Below are positions 1 to 10,635 of a stretch of 64,000 bases of DNA, in pieces; the stretch's first letter is position 1; each line of letters starts with the position of its first letter. The position numbers were made by a program, and so were the translations under genes. The stretch is from the NCBI RefSeq assembly GCF_000142905.1, contig NW_013657636.1, forward strand, positions 62,001 through 126,000. Direction: 5' to 3'. This DNA is from Thecamonas trahens ATCC 50062. Lineage: Eukaryota; Protista; Apusomonadida. The notes beneath the pieces were generated by a model. It was not told the origin of the DNA and searched no databases. It was given only the letters and a program-made list of their open reading frames with translations.

Positions 1-428
1 AAGAGGTGCTGCCGCAGCGCATCAGCCGGGGCCTGCGCCCCGTTGACCCGCTCGCGAAGCGGGGTTGATGGCCGTGACCCACCACCACCGTGGCTCTTAC
101 GCGACCGCAGATTGAGCTCAAACGAACCGTCGTCGGCCGACGATGACCACGCCGACTTGTCCAGCGGTGAAGCTGCAGCGTTCTCGGCGTTGTCCTGCAC
201 AGACGCCAGCTTGGTCCACATGTTCTTGAGCGAAGTGCCGAGTGCTTGCTCCATCGGCGTCGACTGCGGTCGGTTCGAGCGCGCGATGCGGTTGCACTCG
301 CCGTCTGGCCGTTCCGTCGCCTTGCGAAGCAGTGTGCTACGGTTGGTGGTTCGGATGGCGTCGAGGAGAGCGTTGGTTCCCGCACCAGAGTGCCGCGGCG
401 TCGACGACGGCGGTTCCGACGACAACGA

Positions 429-461
<33 letters not shown>

Positions 462-1975
462 GGCGGCAAATGACGTCGCGACAGGTGCTGGTGGCGGAGA
501 CGGCGGATGCGGGATTGTCACACTTCCTGATGCGGCAGCAGGAGCAGCGACGGTAAGCGGCGGCGGCGGCGGCGGTGGCGGAGCGAGCGCTGCCAATGGT
601 GGAGGAGGAGGCGGGAGAAGTGAGCGGGCAAGAGGCGCGGGCGGAGCGGGTGCAACATCCGAAACCCTAGCCGAAGAGGCCATGATAGACTCGTCAAAGA
701 CGACCCAGTCACGGAGGCCGGGTGCCGAGGCCGGGATCACGGTCTGAGGGCGGGCCGGCGGCGGCGGCGCAGCCGACGGCTTGGCCGACGGCGAGGGCGA
801 CGGCGAGAAGGGAGCGCACATGGAGTTCAGGTCTGGCTCGGTCTCCCACAGTGGGTTTGGGTCGAGCGAGGCCTGTCGCGGCGAGCGATGCGGCGAGGCA
901 GTGAGAACGGTGACCTCGAGCGGAGTCTGGGTGATGGACGACAGCTCGCGGAACGAAGGCGAGGCCGGCTGTCGCACCGACATGGCAGCCTCGAGCTCGG
1001 CGATACGAGCGAGCAGCGGCGCAGTGGCCGCGGCAACAACTTCATGCTGAGCCAGCGCAAAAGAGCGAGTTTGAGCCGCCAGTGCCTCGCTATGAGTGGC
1101 ATTGATGGCGGCAATGCGTGCGTCGTAGTCAGCAGCGAGCGCGTCGAGCGCGGCACGGCGCTCAGCCTCAGCCCGTGCAGCCCACTCGGCCTCCTTTCGC
1201 TTGAGGTACTTTTGAACTTGCTCCTTAGTGCCTTGGGCATCGACGGCCGCTTGATAGCCTCTTCCTCGTCGTTGTTGCTGTTGGCCGGGAGCGGATCGGT
1301 GGGTGAGAGCAGATCGCTGGCTGACGCCGCTGTCGACGTCGCCGACGCCGACAGGTCGACAAGCGAGAGGCCCGGACGAAAGCCCGAGGCTGAGAGCTCC
1401 GAGAGTGAGCGGGAGACGTCCACCGAGCAGACGGCCGAGGCTGAGGCTTCAAGCGCAGCGCGGGCGGCCTCGCCAAAGACGTTGCCCGAGACGTCGAGAT
1501 GGACCAGCGAGTCGTTGGCATCGAGAGCGGAAGCAAGCTCAAAGGCGCCCTGGTCGTCGATGGCGTTGCCGGCGGCATCAAGGCGGGCAAGGACCGGATG
1601 ACGAGAGAGAAAGGCAGCAAGGACGAGAGCGCCACGATCGCCGAGATCACAGGCAGCAAGCTCGAGGACTCTGAGCGAAGGCAGAGGAGCGACGACCGAT
1701 GGAGCCGGTGAGGAGAGAAGGATGGCGAGGAGCGAAGGACCAAGAGGATTATGAGAGAGATCGATGTGGGCGAGAGCAGAGCATGATCTCAGTGAGCGAA
1801 GTATGGCTTCTGTATGAACGATGGAGAGAACGTTGGCGGCTTTGAAAACGGTGAGCGATGCCGCCAGCGACGGGCGGAGCAGATGGCGCGTCAGCACACT
1901 CACATCCTGTTCATCGAGTCGACGGTCGAGGGCAGACAGATCCCACACTCCGTTGCCTTGTTTCTTGCTCAGCAT
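1..1975 (-). CDS. LRR (RNI-like) + coiled-coil + polyproline + WH2 protein; 3'-partial; one -1 frameshift near 1250
   Basis: ATG at 1975 (MLSKKQGNG). LRR units IDLSHNPLG, LELAACDLGDRGA, LDAAGNAIDDQGA, LDVSGNVFGEAA. After ...EEEAIKR the -1 frame stays open to the window edge: AVDAQGTKEQVQKYLKRKEAEW..., poly-Pro tracts, then NALLDAIRTTNRSTLLRKA (WH2-like, ~319-377). Confidence 0.75.
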
Positions 1976-2103
1976 AGCCCTCTCTACCTTGCCTCTCACT
2001 TGATGTCGGACGTGACGTGAGGTGACGTGAGGTGGTTGCCTCCGAGCGCTCGTTGGCACGCACGCGCGCCCAGTCAAAGTTTGAGTGAATAGGACGAGTG
2101 CCA

Positions 2104-2386
2104 ACGATAAATCCACCGAGAGTTTATTGATGGGTGCCACACGATAAATCCAACGAGAGTTTATTGATGGGTGCCACAACGATAAATCCAACGAGAGTTT
2201 ATTGATGGGTACCACAACGATAAATCCAACGAGAGTTTATTGATGGGGTGCCACACGATAAATCCAACGAGAGTTTATTGATGGGTGCCACAACGATAAA
2301 TCCAAAGAGAGTTTATTGATGGGTGCCACAACGGTAAATCCATCGAGACTTTATTGGTGGCCGGCCCCACGATAAACCCATCGAGA
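2104..2386. repeat. Tandem minisatellite, 37-38 bp unit, ~7.5 copies
   Basis: Unit ACGATAAATCCAACGAGAGTTTATTGATGGGTGCCACA repeated head-to-tail with no spacers; last copies degenerate. Confidence 0.95.
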
Positions 2387-2475
2387 CCATCGATAAAAAG
2401 CCGGTGGCCCAAGCGTCAGTCGCCACCGCCAGCCATACCCCCACCTGCCGCCAGACTGGCCACCACCCCTCCCCA

Positions 2476-4557
2476 ATGGCACCCAAGCGGTCAGCAGGTA
2501 GAGGGATCACGGTGCCTCTGCCGCCACATGCAGTGCTCTCGGCCGCACTGGTGCAGGCCGGCGGAGGGCCAAGAGTCAGGCCAGGAGAGCCCACGGCTCG
2601 GGCACTGCGTGTGGCGGCGGCTGCGGCTGTGGGAGCCACCGTCGACGAACTCGGCTCAAGCGCGAGAGAGCCAAGGGAGAGAGCCACTGAAAGCATGGTC
2701 AAAGACAGCGGCAAAGGCAAAGAGCGTGGGGATTCAGCTTGGCAGGCGCATGCACAGCGAACGAATGGAAAAATGAGTCGGAGCTCGCACCGTTCGCCGC
2801 GGCACAAAGCTGCTCGGGCGACCATTCTGGCTGCGCATGTGGCGGCCGAGGAGCAGCGGCTGGCGGCAGAGATGGCCGATGCAGCGGCAGCAAGAGCGGC
2901 GACAAGAGATGCCGCCCTGGCGGCCCGGCTAGCTCAGATCAAAGAAGAGCTGGAGGAGGAGGCTGCCGCCGCAGCTACCGCGCTGGATGCGCAGCGAGAG
3001 GCCGCCGCCGCGGCGCTCACCCGCGAGGCCGCCGCTCTCGACGAGCTGCATGCCAGGGAGCGGGCTGCAGCAGAGCGGGTGATGGCAGCCAAGGCCCGCG
3101 AGGCTCGCGAGATTGCGGCAGCCGCAGAGCGCGAGCGCGAGGCCATCGACGCCGCCCGCCGCCGCCGCGAGGGCGCCGTCGACGATGCTGCAGCCGCCCG
3201 CGCCGAGGAAGAGCGCCGCAAGCGCATCGTTGAGCGGACAGAGACGCTTGTGGCCGACGGCGTCATCCCGGCACTCAACGAGACGACCGAGGAAAAAATG
3301 GATCGGAACCGCGAGGTCTTTGAGCAGCGGTTGCAACAGGTGCGGGAGCGGCAGGCCGAGCGCAGAGCCGCCGCCGCCGCGGCTCTGCGAGCCAAGGAGG
3401 AGCGCAACACAATCTTGCTCGAGCGGCGGGCGCGCGAGAACCACTCACGCCGCTCCGCACGCCAGCGCGCCATGGACGAGCACCGCGCCCGCAAGCGCGC
3501 CGCCCACCGCGAGCACCTCGCCGCCATCGCTCGCCGCAAGGCCGAGTCCGTCGCCCGCGCCCGCGAGCACGCCAAGCGGCAGGCCGCGATCCGCCGGCAG
3601 CGCGACGAATCGATTGCTGCTGCCGCCGCCGAAGCCGCCGCCCGCGAGCAGGCCGCCCGCGACAAGGCCGCAGCCGCCGCAGAGCTCGAGCGCAAGCATG
3701 CTCTCGAGAGCCACAAAGCGGCGATGGCCAAGATGCGCGCCGCAGCCGCCAACCGCGCAGCAGCAGCCTCGGCTGCCGCCCAAGAGCTCGAGCGCCGCCG
3801 CGCCATGCGCGAGGCCTGGCAAGCCGAGGTCGATCGCAAGAAGCGCCAGCAGGCGTACGAGGTCCAACGCGCCCAAGAGCTCGTCGACGTTCAGCGCGAG
3901 GAGGAGGCCTGGGTGCGGGCTATGGAGGAGCGCCTCGCCGCCGAAAAGGCCCGCGCCCAGCACGCCATCCGCATGCAGGCGGCAGAGGCACAGGCCGAGC
4001 TCGCTGCTGAGCATGAGCGTGAGATGCGTGCACTCAAGGTCCGCCACCGAGCCGTCGCCGAGGAGCTCGACGAGCTGGCGACTGCCGCCGCACACGCGCG
4101 GATCGACCCTGCTGCGCCCGCAACTCCCGACGCCGGACTGGCAGATCCCAAGCCACCAACACGGCCACGTCGTAAGCGCAACAGACCATCGACCCGCCGC
4201 CAGCGGCCACTCCGCCCACTCCGCCCGCGCACCGCCGCCGACGCGCGGCTCATCGCGGCGTACGGCCCCAAACCGCCGCCGCAACGCCGCCGCTCCCGAC
4301 CCCGCAAAACACCCGTCCCGCAAAACGGAGGACTGCCGGTCGATCCCGAGCCGGTCGAGGCGAGCGAGCGCAAAAGAGTCAAGAAAAAGAAGCACGAGGT
4401 GGCGGCCGAGCCGCCCCTGCTGCCGCTGCCGCCGTCGCCGTCGACTCCGCCGCCGGCCGGCGATGTCGCCCCTGCTGGAGGCGCCGCCGCTGAGGCGGAC
4501 TCGGGCGAGGGTCCACACACACTCGAGAGCCCGCGCTCAGTCGAGAAAGAGTATTGA
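2476..4557 (+). CDS. Long charged alpha-helical/coiled-coil protein (trichohyalin-like), function unknown
   Basis: Uninterrupted ORF of ~690 codons, E/R/A-rich helical body, basic and Pro-rich tail. First ATG at 2476; start uncertain. Confidence 0.7.
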   Translation: MAPKRSAGRGITVPLPPHAVLSAALVQAGGGPRVRPGEPTARALRVAAAAAVGATVDELGSSAREPRERATESMVKDSGKGKERGDSAWQAHAQRTNGKMSRSSHRSPRHKAARATILAAHVAAEEQRLAAEMADAAAARAATRDAALAARLAQIKEELEEEAAAAATALDAQREAAAAALTREAAALDELHARERAAAERVMAAKAREAREIAAAAEREREAIDAARRRREGAVDDAAAARAEEERRKRIVERTETLVADGVIPALNETTEEKMDRNREVFEQRLQQVRERQAERRAAAAAALRAKEERNTILLERRARENHSRRSARQRAMDEHRARKRAAHREHLAAIARRKAESVARAREHAKRQAAIRRQRDESIAAAAAEAAAREQAARDKAAAAAELERKHALESHKAAMAKMRAAAANRAAAASAAAQELERRRAMREAWQAEVDRKKRQQAYEVQRAQELVDVQREEEAWVRAMEERLAAEKARAQHAIRMQAAEAQAELAAEHEREMRALKVRHRAVAEELDELATAAAHARIDPAAPATPDAGLADPKPPTRPRRKRNRPSTRRQRPLRPLRPRTAADARLIAAYGPKPPPQRRRSRPRKTPVPQNGGLPVDPEPVEASERKRVKKKKHEVAAEPPLLPLPPSPSTPPPAGDVAPAGGAAAEADSGEGPHTLESPRSVEKEY

Positions 4558-4610
4558 ATGGTCGTGTCCGTGGTTTACCGGAATGCGGAGAGGGTGCGCG
4601 ATCGAAGGCG

Positions 4611-6291
4611 TCACATGATGGCGCACGAGGACTTGGAAGAGGGCGTGGCGGCTTCGGCCTCGAGCGACTCGACCCGCGACCAGACACCCATCCAGCGGAG
4701 GCACGGCGGATTTGTCTGGGCCCAGACGGCAAACTCGTCCGCGTCAATGACGCCGTCACCATTGGTGTCGACGGTGGCAAAGCACTCGGCGACGTTTGCG
4801 GCGAGCTCGGCGTCGGTGTGGCCGACGGGGGAGATGCCGGACGAGCCCTCAAAGACGGATCGGAGCGACTTAAAGTACGAGAGAAGCTCGTCCGAGTCGA
4901 TGCCGCCGTCATTGTCCTCGTCGAGGACGTCAAAGAGGGCGGCGAGCTTGGCCTCCTGCGAGCCGCCGCAGAGGAGCGATGCGCCGACGACAAACTCGTG
5001 GAACTCAACAGTGCCCGAGCCGTCGCGGTCAAAGAGGCCAAAGAGGCGGTGGAGGGCAGCAGTGGCCTGGTTCCGCTCCTCTTCGGGCAGGCTCGCCGGA
5101 AGCAGCTTGGTCAGCGCCCGCTCAAAGCCGGCCGCGTCGAGGACCATGACCTCGCGGGTCGCACCCGCCGCGGCGGCCGAGCTCGAGGCTCTAGCGGCGG
5201 CAGGCGCGGCATCGGACGCGTTACTCGCGGCCTTGGCAGCCTTGGCCTCGGCCTTGGCGGCCTTGCGGGCAGCCTTGCGGGCGGCGCGCTCTTCGAGGCG
5301 GCGGAGGCGGGCAGCCTTGTGGGCGTCAAACCGCTGGCGCTTCTGCTCTCGGCGCTCACGGATGATTTGGTTCTTGGCCTCGCGCTGCGAGTCGTCCGAC
5401 GCCGAATACGTGAGGTCGGATGAGTCTGTCTCAAACTCCTGGTTCTCGATGCCGGCGTCGGGATCGTTCTCCGACGACGAGTACGACGAGTAGTACGACG
5501 ACGACGACGACGAGTCGACGTTGGCCTTGCCGTTAGAGACCGGAGCAAGCGAGACGCCGGCGCCGGCACCGGCCGCGCCCGCGTCGTCGCTACCGCCGTC
5601 GATTGGGACGCGCTGCTCGCGAAAAGCGGCCTCGTTGCGGAAGACCTCGAGGAGCTCCGAGACCTCGACCTCATCAAAGTGGGTGGCGTGGGCAAGGTCC
5701 TTCACCGACATGACCGCGGCGTACGTCGGCGCGGCCGCCTCGTCAGGGTTGGGCGAGAGCGGGTCCGGCACACGCGGATCGCGCCAAGTCGTCTTCTGGG
5801 TGTTGTGGTCGATGAAGAACGGCTGGCCGTTCTCGTGGATCCGCATCTCCCATCCAGGCGGAAGCGCAGCGCCCGAAGCCGTCTGAATGACTTCCCGATC
5901 ACCAACTACGAGGACCGAGTATGGAGTGCCGGTAAAGATATGAGGCATGCGGGCGAGGAGATGGAGCGGAGAGACCACGCCAGCTTCGGACATGACGCCT
6001 GTGATCTTGACAGACTTTGGAGTGTTTGGCGAGCGAGAGATGATTTTTGGAAAGGCAGCAATGATGGCCTTTCCCAGCAACTCTACCTCTTCTTCGAGCA
6101 TAGCCGGTGCGAGGAGAAAGCTCTTGACCTCTTTCATATGACGAAGACGAACCGTATGAGCTTGAAGCGGCGAGATCATGCCCGGTGTCACCACTCCCTC
6201 GGCCTCCACTGCATTCCCTCCTCCGACAGCAAGTCCTGCAAGTGGTGCAGATGCTGATGCCCCTGCGGTCGTGTTGATCCTCGGGGGTTCC
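4611..6291 (-). CDS. WW domain + EF-hand (NCS/calcineurin B-like) protein; terminal exon, 5' exon(s) probably lost in the gap
   Basis: WW: [32 protein letters not shown] loops [39 protein letters not shown] acceptor at 6294-6292 with CTAAC branch point at ~6330 and a C-rich tract. Ends in CAIM. Confidence 0.85.
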
Positions 6292-6389
6292 CTGAACAGG
6301 CCGGGAGGAGGGGGGGGGGGAGGGGGTTAGTTGTGCGTGTGGGGGAGGGGGGGGAAGGGGGGGGGGAGGGGCGAGGTCGTAGAAAAAGT

Positions 6390-7007
6390 NNNNNNNNNNN
6401 NNNNNNNNNNNNNNNNNNNNNNNNNNNNNNNNNNNNNNNNNNNNNNNNNNNNNNNNNNNNNNNNNNNNNNNNNNNNNNNNNNNNNNNNNNNNNNNNNNNN
6501 NNNNNNNNNNNNNNNNNNNNNNNNNNNNNNNNNNNNNNNNNNNNNNNNNNNNNNNNNNNNNNNNNNNNNNNNNNNNNNNNNNNNNNNNNNNNNNNNNNNN
6601 NNNNNNNNNNNNNNNNNNNNNNNNNNNNNNNNNNNNNNNNNNNNNNNNNNNNNNNNNNNNNNNNNNNNNNNNNNNNNNNNNNNNNNNNNNNNNNNNNNNN
6701 NNNNNNNNNNNNNNNNNNNNNNNNNNNNNNNNNNNNNNNNNNNNNNNNNNNNNNNNNNNNNNNNNNNNNNNNNNNNNNNNNNNNNNNNNNNNNNNNNNNN
6801 NNNNNNNNNNNNNNNNNNNNNNNNNNNNNNNNNNNNNNNNNNNNNNNNNNNNNNNNNNNNNNNNNNNNNNNNNNNNNNNNNNNNNNNNNNNNNNNNNNNN
6901 NNNNNNNNNNNNNNNNNNNNNNNNNNNNNNNNNNNNNNNNNNNNNNNNNNNNNNNNNNNNNNNNNNNNNNNNNNNNNNNNNNNNNNNNNNNNNNNNNNNN
7001 NNNNNNN
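6390..7007. other. Assembly gap
   Basis: N run flanked by G-rich/poly-G sequence. Confidence 1.
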
Positions 7008-7409
7008 GTGGGGGGGGGGGGGTAGTGAGTATGGGTGGGTGTGTACATTGTGGGGGGGAGTGAGGTGGGGTGCTGGGAAGTGGTGGTGGTGGTGGTGGTG
7101 GTGGTGGTGGTAGTGGTGGTCAGAGTGGTACAGGTGGTGGTGGTCGGTGGCGGCGGGCAGTCGGGCAACGGCTGGGATGGACGAGGGGGGGGGGGGGGGA
7201 GGGGATTGGATGGTTGAGAAGGAGGAGGCGATCAGGTACATTCATTGGGTGTTTGGTAGGTGTTGATTGGGCGGGAAGGAAGGCAGATGGCGGTGGCGGT
7301 GGCGTTGGCGGTGGCGTTGGTGTTGGCGGTGATACCGATCGTGGGCTGTAGCAATGATGCGATGATCTTGACGTGGACGGGAGGTGGGTCAGGAACGTAG
7401 AGAGGGAGG

Positions 7410-8153
7410 CTACTTGGTGTCGCGGCCGCAGTCCAAGTGGATGTTGGGAAAGGAAGGCATGGGGAGCTGGGGAAGCGAGAGGTTGCCAAAGCCGGCCGAT
7501 GTGTAGACAGCAGAAAAGCCAGCTCCCTCTTGGTGACCATCGACATACAGACGGACAAGCATGGCCGGGCCTGTCGAAGTAATGCGACCTGGATGCTTGG
7601 AGCCGCACAGTATGGCGAGGAGCGGCGAGTGGATGGTCGGCCCGTCAAAGATCTGGACAAAGTCGCAACATCCGTCTGTAGGCACGCCATCAAACGAGGT
7701 GCACGACGAATCTGAAGGCGCCTTGTCCTCCAGAGACAAAGTACCAAAGTGGAGAGTGATGGGACCAGGCACAGCACCAGGTGCAAGGCCTGCAGCTGCC
7801 GGCTGGATGAGCCAGTCATGAGCGATCCAAGGCTTGAGCTTGGCGGTGCAGCCACCGCCACGCAAGCTTGCACGATCAGCCACGCACGATGCGCACGAGA
7901 CAGAGCAAGCCGAGCACGCGGTACACGACGAGATAGCGCCTGTCATGCTTGTCATGCTTGTCCGTCCATAGCAAGTCAAGCCTTTTGCCCAGAGTGTGAA
8001 GGTGGCCATGACTCCGATGGCCACCACCCAGAGCAGGACATACGAGAGACAGCCTCCGACGTCGACGCCAGACACTCCCAACCCTGTTGCCCCACCAATT
8101 CCTCCCACCCTCACCAGACCACCGCCGTGCCTGACTCCCGCGCCTTCCTCCAT
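7410..8153 (-). CDS. Membrane-anchored CUB-domain protein
   Basis: Hydrophobic segment LSYVLLWVVAIGVMATFTLW, then CUB motifs WLIQ..ITLHF..L.LE, CCDFVQIFDG, LAILCGS..PGRITSTGPAMLVRLYVD..QEGAGFSAVY. Confidence 0.75.
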   Translation of the reverse strand: MEEGAGVRHGGGLVRVGGIGGATGLGVSGVDVGGCLSYVLLWVVAIGVMATFTLWAKGLTCYGRTSMTSMTGAISSCTACSACSVSCASCVADRASLRGGGCTAKLKPWIAHDWLIQPAAAGLAPGAVPGPITLHFGTLSLEDKAPSDSSCTSFDGVPTDGCCDFVQIFDGPTIHSPLLAILCGSKHPGRITSTGPAMLVRLYVDGHQEGAGFSAVYTSAGFGNLSLPQLPMPSFPNIHLDCGRDTK

Positions 8154-8239
8154 CTCCGTCGGTGGTCGAGGCGGAGAGAACGATTAGAGAACGTTGAAGC
8201 AATCGTTGGTTGGCCGGGCGGTGCCAGCGAATGCACAAA

Positions 8240-8420
8240 CGATGATCGAACGAAACGAATATGATTGTCGAATATGATCGAACGGAACGAATGACAATGA
8301 TCGAACGAATGGCAATGATCGAACGAATGGCAATGATCGAACGAATGGCAATGATCGAACGGAACGAATGACAATGATCGAACGGAGCGAATGACAATGA
8401 TCGAACGAATGGCAATGATC
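8240..8420. repeat. Tandem minisatellite, 18/23 bp units (AATGATCGAACGAATGGC / AATGATCGAACGGAACGAATGAC)
   Basis: About 8 copies seen directly in the divergent intergenic region between the CUB and C2 genes. Confidence 0.9.
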
Positions 8421-8566
8421 GAGACCGGGAAATAATCAATAACTCTGCATGCCATTCATCAATGGCCGCCTTCCCTGCCAGCCCAACGGTCCGCCCTTCT
8501 CCCACACCGATGGACGACTTGGCCACAGGGAAGGAGCACAAGAGACACTACACGTAACTGGCAAAC

Positions 8567-9642
8567 ATGTCGTACTCGGACTCGTACGATGACCGGTCAC
8601 CTGCAGAGCACCTTCTTGTGCGGGGTATGTTCTTGCTATGAGTATCCACGGCAAGGGCGGAGAGCTGGAAACGGGCAGCCGTTGGACAGAGAGGGAGGAG
8701 GGGGGAGGGGGGGGGGGGGAGGGGGGAGGGGGGAGGGGAGGGAGGGAGCGACTCACGGACAGAGTGTGGGGGAGGGAGGGGATAGTGATCAAGGGAGTGG
8801 ATCTGGCAGCGCGTGACTCGTCTGGCAAGTCTGATCCATATGTGGTGATCAAGTATGGCAAGGAGAAGGCCAAGACGGCGTACAAGGAGCAGACTCTCGA
8901 GCCGCATTGGGAGGAGACCCATCAGTTTCCCTACGACAAGTCGGCGACAGCCATTGAGCTCGAGGTGTGGGACTGGGACAAGATCGGGGCTGATTTTATG
9001 GGTCGCTGCTCAGTGCCCATTGAGGACATTCCCTTTGGTCGCCCAGAGGCCCTCTGGTACGAGCTCCGTGACAAGAAGGGCCGCGTGACAAAGAAGGCTC
9101 ATGGCAAGATCCTGGTCGAACTCGGCTTCATCCTCCCCGAGGCCGACGGCATTCCTATTCGCACCGGCCTTGGTGACGACTACGCTGCCTACGGCTCGCA
9201 TCCGGCCTATGCTCCGCGTCCGGCCGGTCCGCACGGCTACCCGCCGCACTACGCCCATCCGAGCTCGCGCCGCCCGCCGGCTCGCCGCGACCCCAATCTT
9301 GATCGCTACGGCCGCCCGCGCGACCCACTTGACTCGGAGGCTGGATACCACCAGGCCTTTGAGCGCGAGTACCGTGCCATGGTCAACCGCGTCGTCCGCG
9401 ACGCCCACGGCCTCCGCTCGGCAGGCGGCGAAGCCCTCCCATCGCACGCCCATCTCCCGTCGCACGCCGCGCCGCCGCAGCCTGCCGGCTACGGCGCCGG
9501 CTACGGTCACAGCTACGGATCCGGTGCGTACGGTCCCGGCGCTTACGCCTCGGGCTACCCGCCCGCTTCGGCCGGTGGCTACTACCCGCCGCCGGCTGCC
9601 GACATTGTCCCGCCGTACTCGCGGTACGGCGACATCCTGTGA
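8567..9642 (+). CDS. C2-domain protein with Pro/Tyr/Gly-rich tail; exons 8567-8624, 8786-9642
   Basis: Splicing GTATGT(8625)...TAG(8785) restores HLLVRVIKGVDLAARDSSGKSDPYV. Also TLEPHWEE and LEVWDWDKIGADFMG (Ca-binding Asp residues present). Confidence 0.9.
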
Positions 9643-9716
9643 CGCCGCTGTCGCTTTAAACCTTCTACGTGCGCGCAATCCACGCATAGTGTCGTGTGTG
9701 TGTATGTGTGTGTGTG

Positions 9717-10593
9717 TCACGGCGACGATGCGTGGGTCTCACGCCACGCGCTCACCATCACGTCGAGCACGGCGTCGAGATCGCCAAACTGCGCCGCAGA
9801 CGCCAGCATGTACAGCACCACGTTGACTGATGGCGACATGGTGGCAATCCGCGGCGACGATCCGGCCAGAAACGCCGCGGCCTTGACCTGCGCCGTCCGT
9901 GAGAGCTGCAGTGCCGTGCGGGCGTCAGAGGCCGACTGAACTGCGCGCGCCATGCCGCTGGTCTCGTCCGTCGGCACCGTCCGCTTCCTCTGCAGCGCTT
10001 CGATGATGGTCGCCAGCCGGGCCTTGGGCTCGCTGGCCGTTAGCACCGCCATACGCAGTCGGACCGCGGCCATGATGCCGGCCACGATGGCGCCGCCGGC
10101 ATCGTCGCCGGCCTGCTCGGTGTCGGCGAGGAGCGAGGCGAGGAAGCCAAGATCCGATCGGTACCACCCCGTCGCCTTTTCGCGGTCGCCCTCGATCACG
10201 TCGTAGTACAAGGCAACGGCCACAAAGCCGACTGCAGCCTCAAAGTACTTGGAGACTCGCTGCGCCGGAGGCACCTGCCCCGCCTGCTTCTTCACCTGCC
10301 GCGCCGCGGCGAGCACGTCGTCGGCCCGGGGAAAGTCCACCAGATGCGCCTCCGAGTACCGGCGCCACACCAGATTCGGCGCCGGACTCACCGTCTCGCT
10401 CGCCGGCGAAAGCGTTGGCGCCGGGCCCGGCTGAGGTGTCGTCGTCAGCGTCGTGCCATCGGTGGCCGGTGCTGCTGGCGCTGACCCTGCCGGCGGAGCA
10501 GGAAGCGACGGCGGAGGACTGAGGAGTTTGGCCCGCTTGGCCGGCGGCACCTCGGCCTCGGGCGCGGCCTCGGGCGCAGCCTTGGACACGGGT

Positions 10594-10635
<42 letters not shown>

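Noticed and set aside
2104-2386. CRISPR array (37-38 bp partly palindromic repeats)
   Set aside because: Repeats are contiguous with no unique spacers, there are no cas genes, and the context is eukaryotic.
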